64,000 bases of DNA. Source: Octopus bimaculoides (lineage: Eukaryota). A program made the position numbers and the translations under genes. This document shows, in pieces, positions 63,600 through 64,000 of this stretch (position 1 is its first letter; each line of letters begins with the position of its first letter). A model generated the notes under the pieces. The model did not search any database and was not told the DNA's origin. It was given only the letters and a program-made list of their open reading frames with translations. The stretch covers positions 109,583,052-109,647,051 of the forward strand of contig NC_068986.1 of the NCBI RefSeq assembly GCF_001194135.2, given 5' to 3'.

Positions 63600-64000
63600 G
63601 GTAAATGAAAGATGGAATATACGAGAATTTATTATTAATCATGACAATTCTTTCAACACATCCAACATTGATTCCTCATGACCATGCGTTACCAGTTAAG
63701 CTACCAGGTATAAATCATTCGTTTTATTATCCTATATATATGTATATATATATATATATATATAAAAACAAATAATAAATGAGTATATGCATATATACGT
63801 ACAGGTGTGTGCATACCTACGTCTACCTGTATATATAGGTGCATATCTGGGTACAGGACATTGCAAACAAAACGTAGACAAGAAATAATAATAACCAGAG
63901 TACAGAAAACACACAAGCCACATAGAGAACATTTTCCTTCATCAGCTACCCCCGTTTTAACACCGGCGTTTCGAAGAGTTGGGCAGGACGCATCGTTAAA

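Noticed and set aside
63935-64000. CTGATGA and GAAAC on the minus strand at the window edge
   Set aside because: The order and pairing do not form a valid hammerhead (the triplet would end in G; no stem II). It may be a Penelope-type end, but it is cut off by the window.

Overview
AT-rich, repeat-dense eukaryotic genomic DNA with N gaps. The repeat families (tRNA-derived SINEs, RTE tails ending in (GAT)n, TTAA MITEs, long microsatellites) look like octopus or another coleoid cephalopod; this is recognition from memory, not a search result. One protein-coding gene is well supported: a minus-strand DH-PH RhoGEF of the PLEKHG1/2/3 type. Eight exons can be placed with GT-AG boundaries and consistent phases (34494-33518, 17176-17082, 12081-11965, 11442-11292, 10852-10652, 9541-9425, 7204-7109, 6823-6691). 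They join into one open frame: acidic/Ser-rich N-region, full DH domain, full PH domain. The start exon and the C-terminal exons were not identified. The rest is intronic: SINEs, LINE 3' ends, Tc1/mariner derivatives, piggyBac-type MITEs, a Helentron/DINE-like element and microsatellites. Nearly all entries in the supplied ORF track are repeat artefacts. The most interesting signals are: (1) minimal hammerhead-ribozyme motifs, one forming the tail of a tRNA-headed SINE; (2) a head-to-head palindrome of two tRNA-Thr-like genes; (3) a six-unit 33-bp repeat with codon-like variation; (4) a candidate 72-nt exon with an in-frame UAG that A-to-I editing could recode; (5) long mariner-derived hairpins and inverted SINE pairs next to exons.
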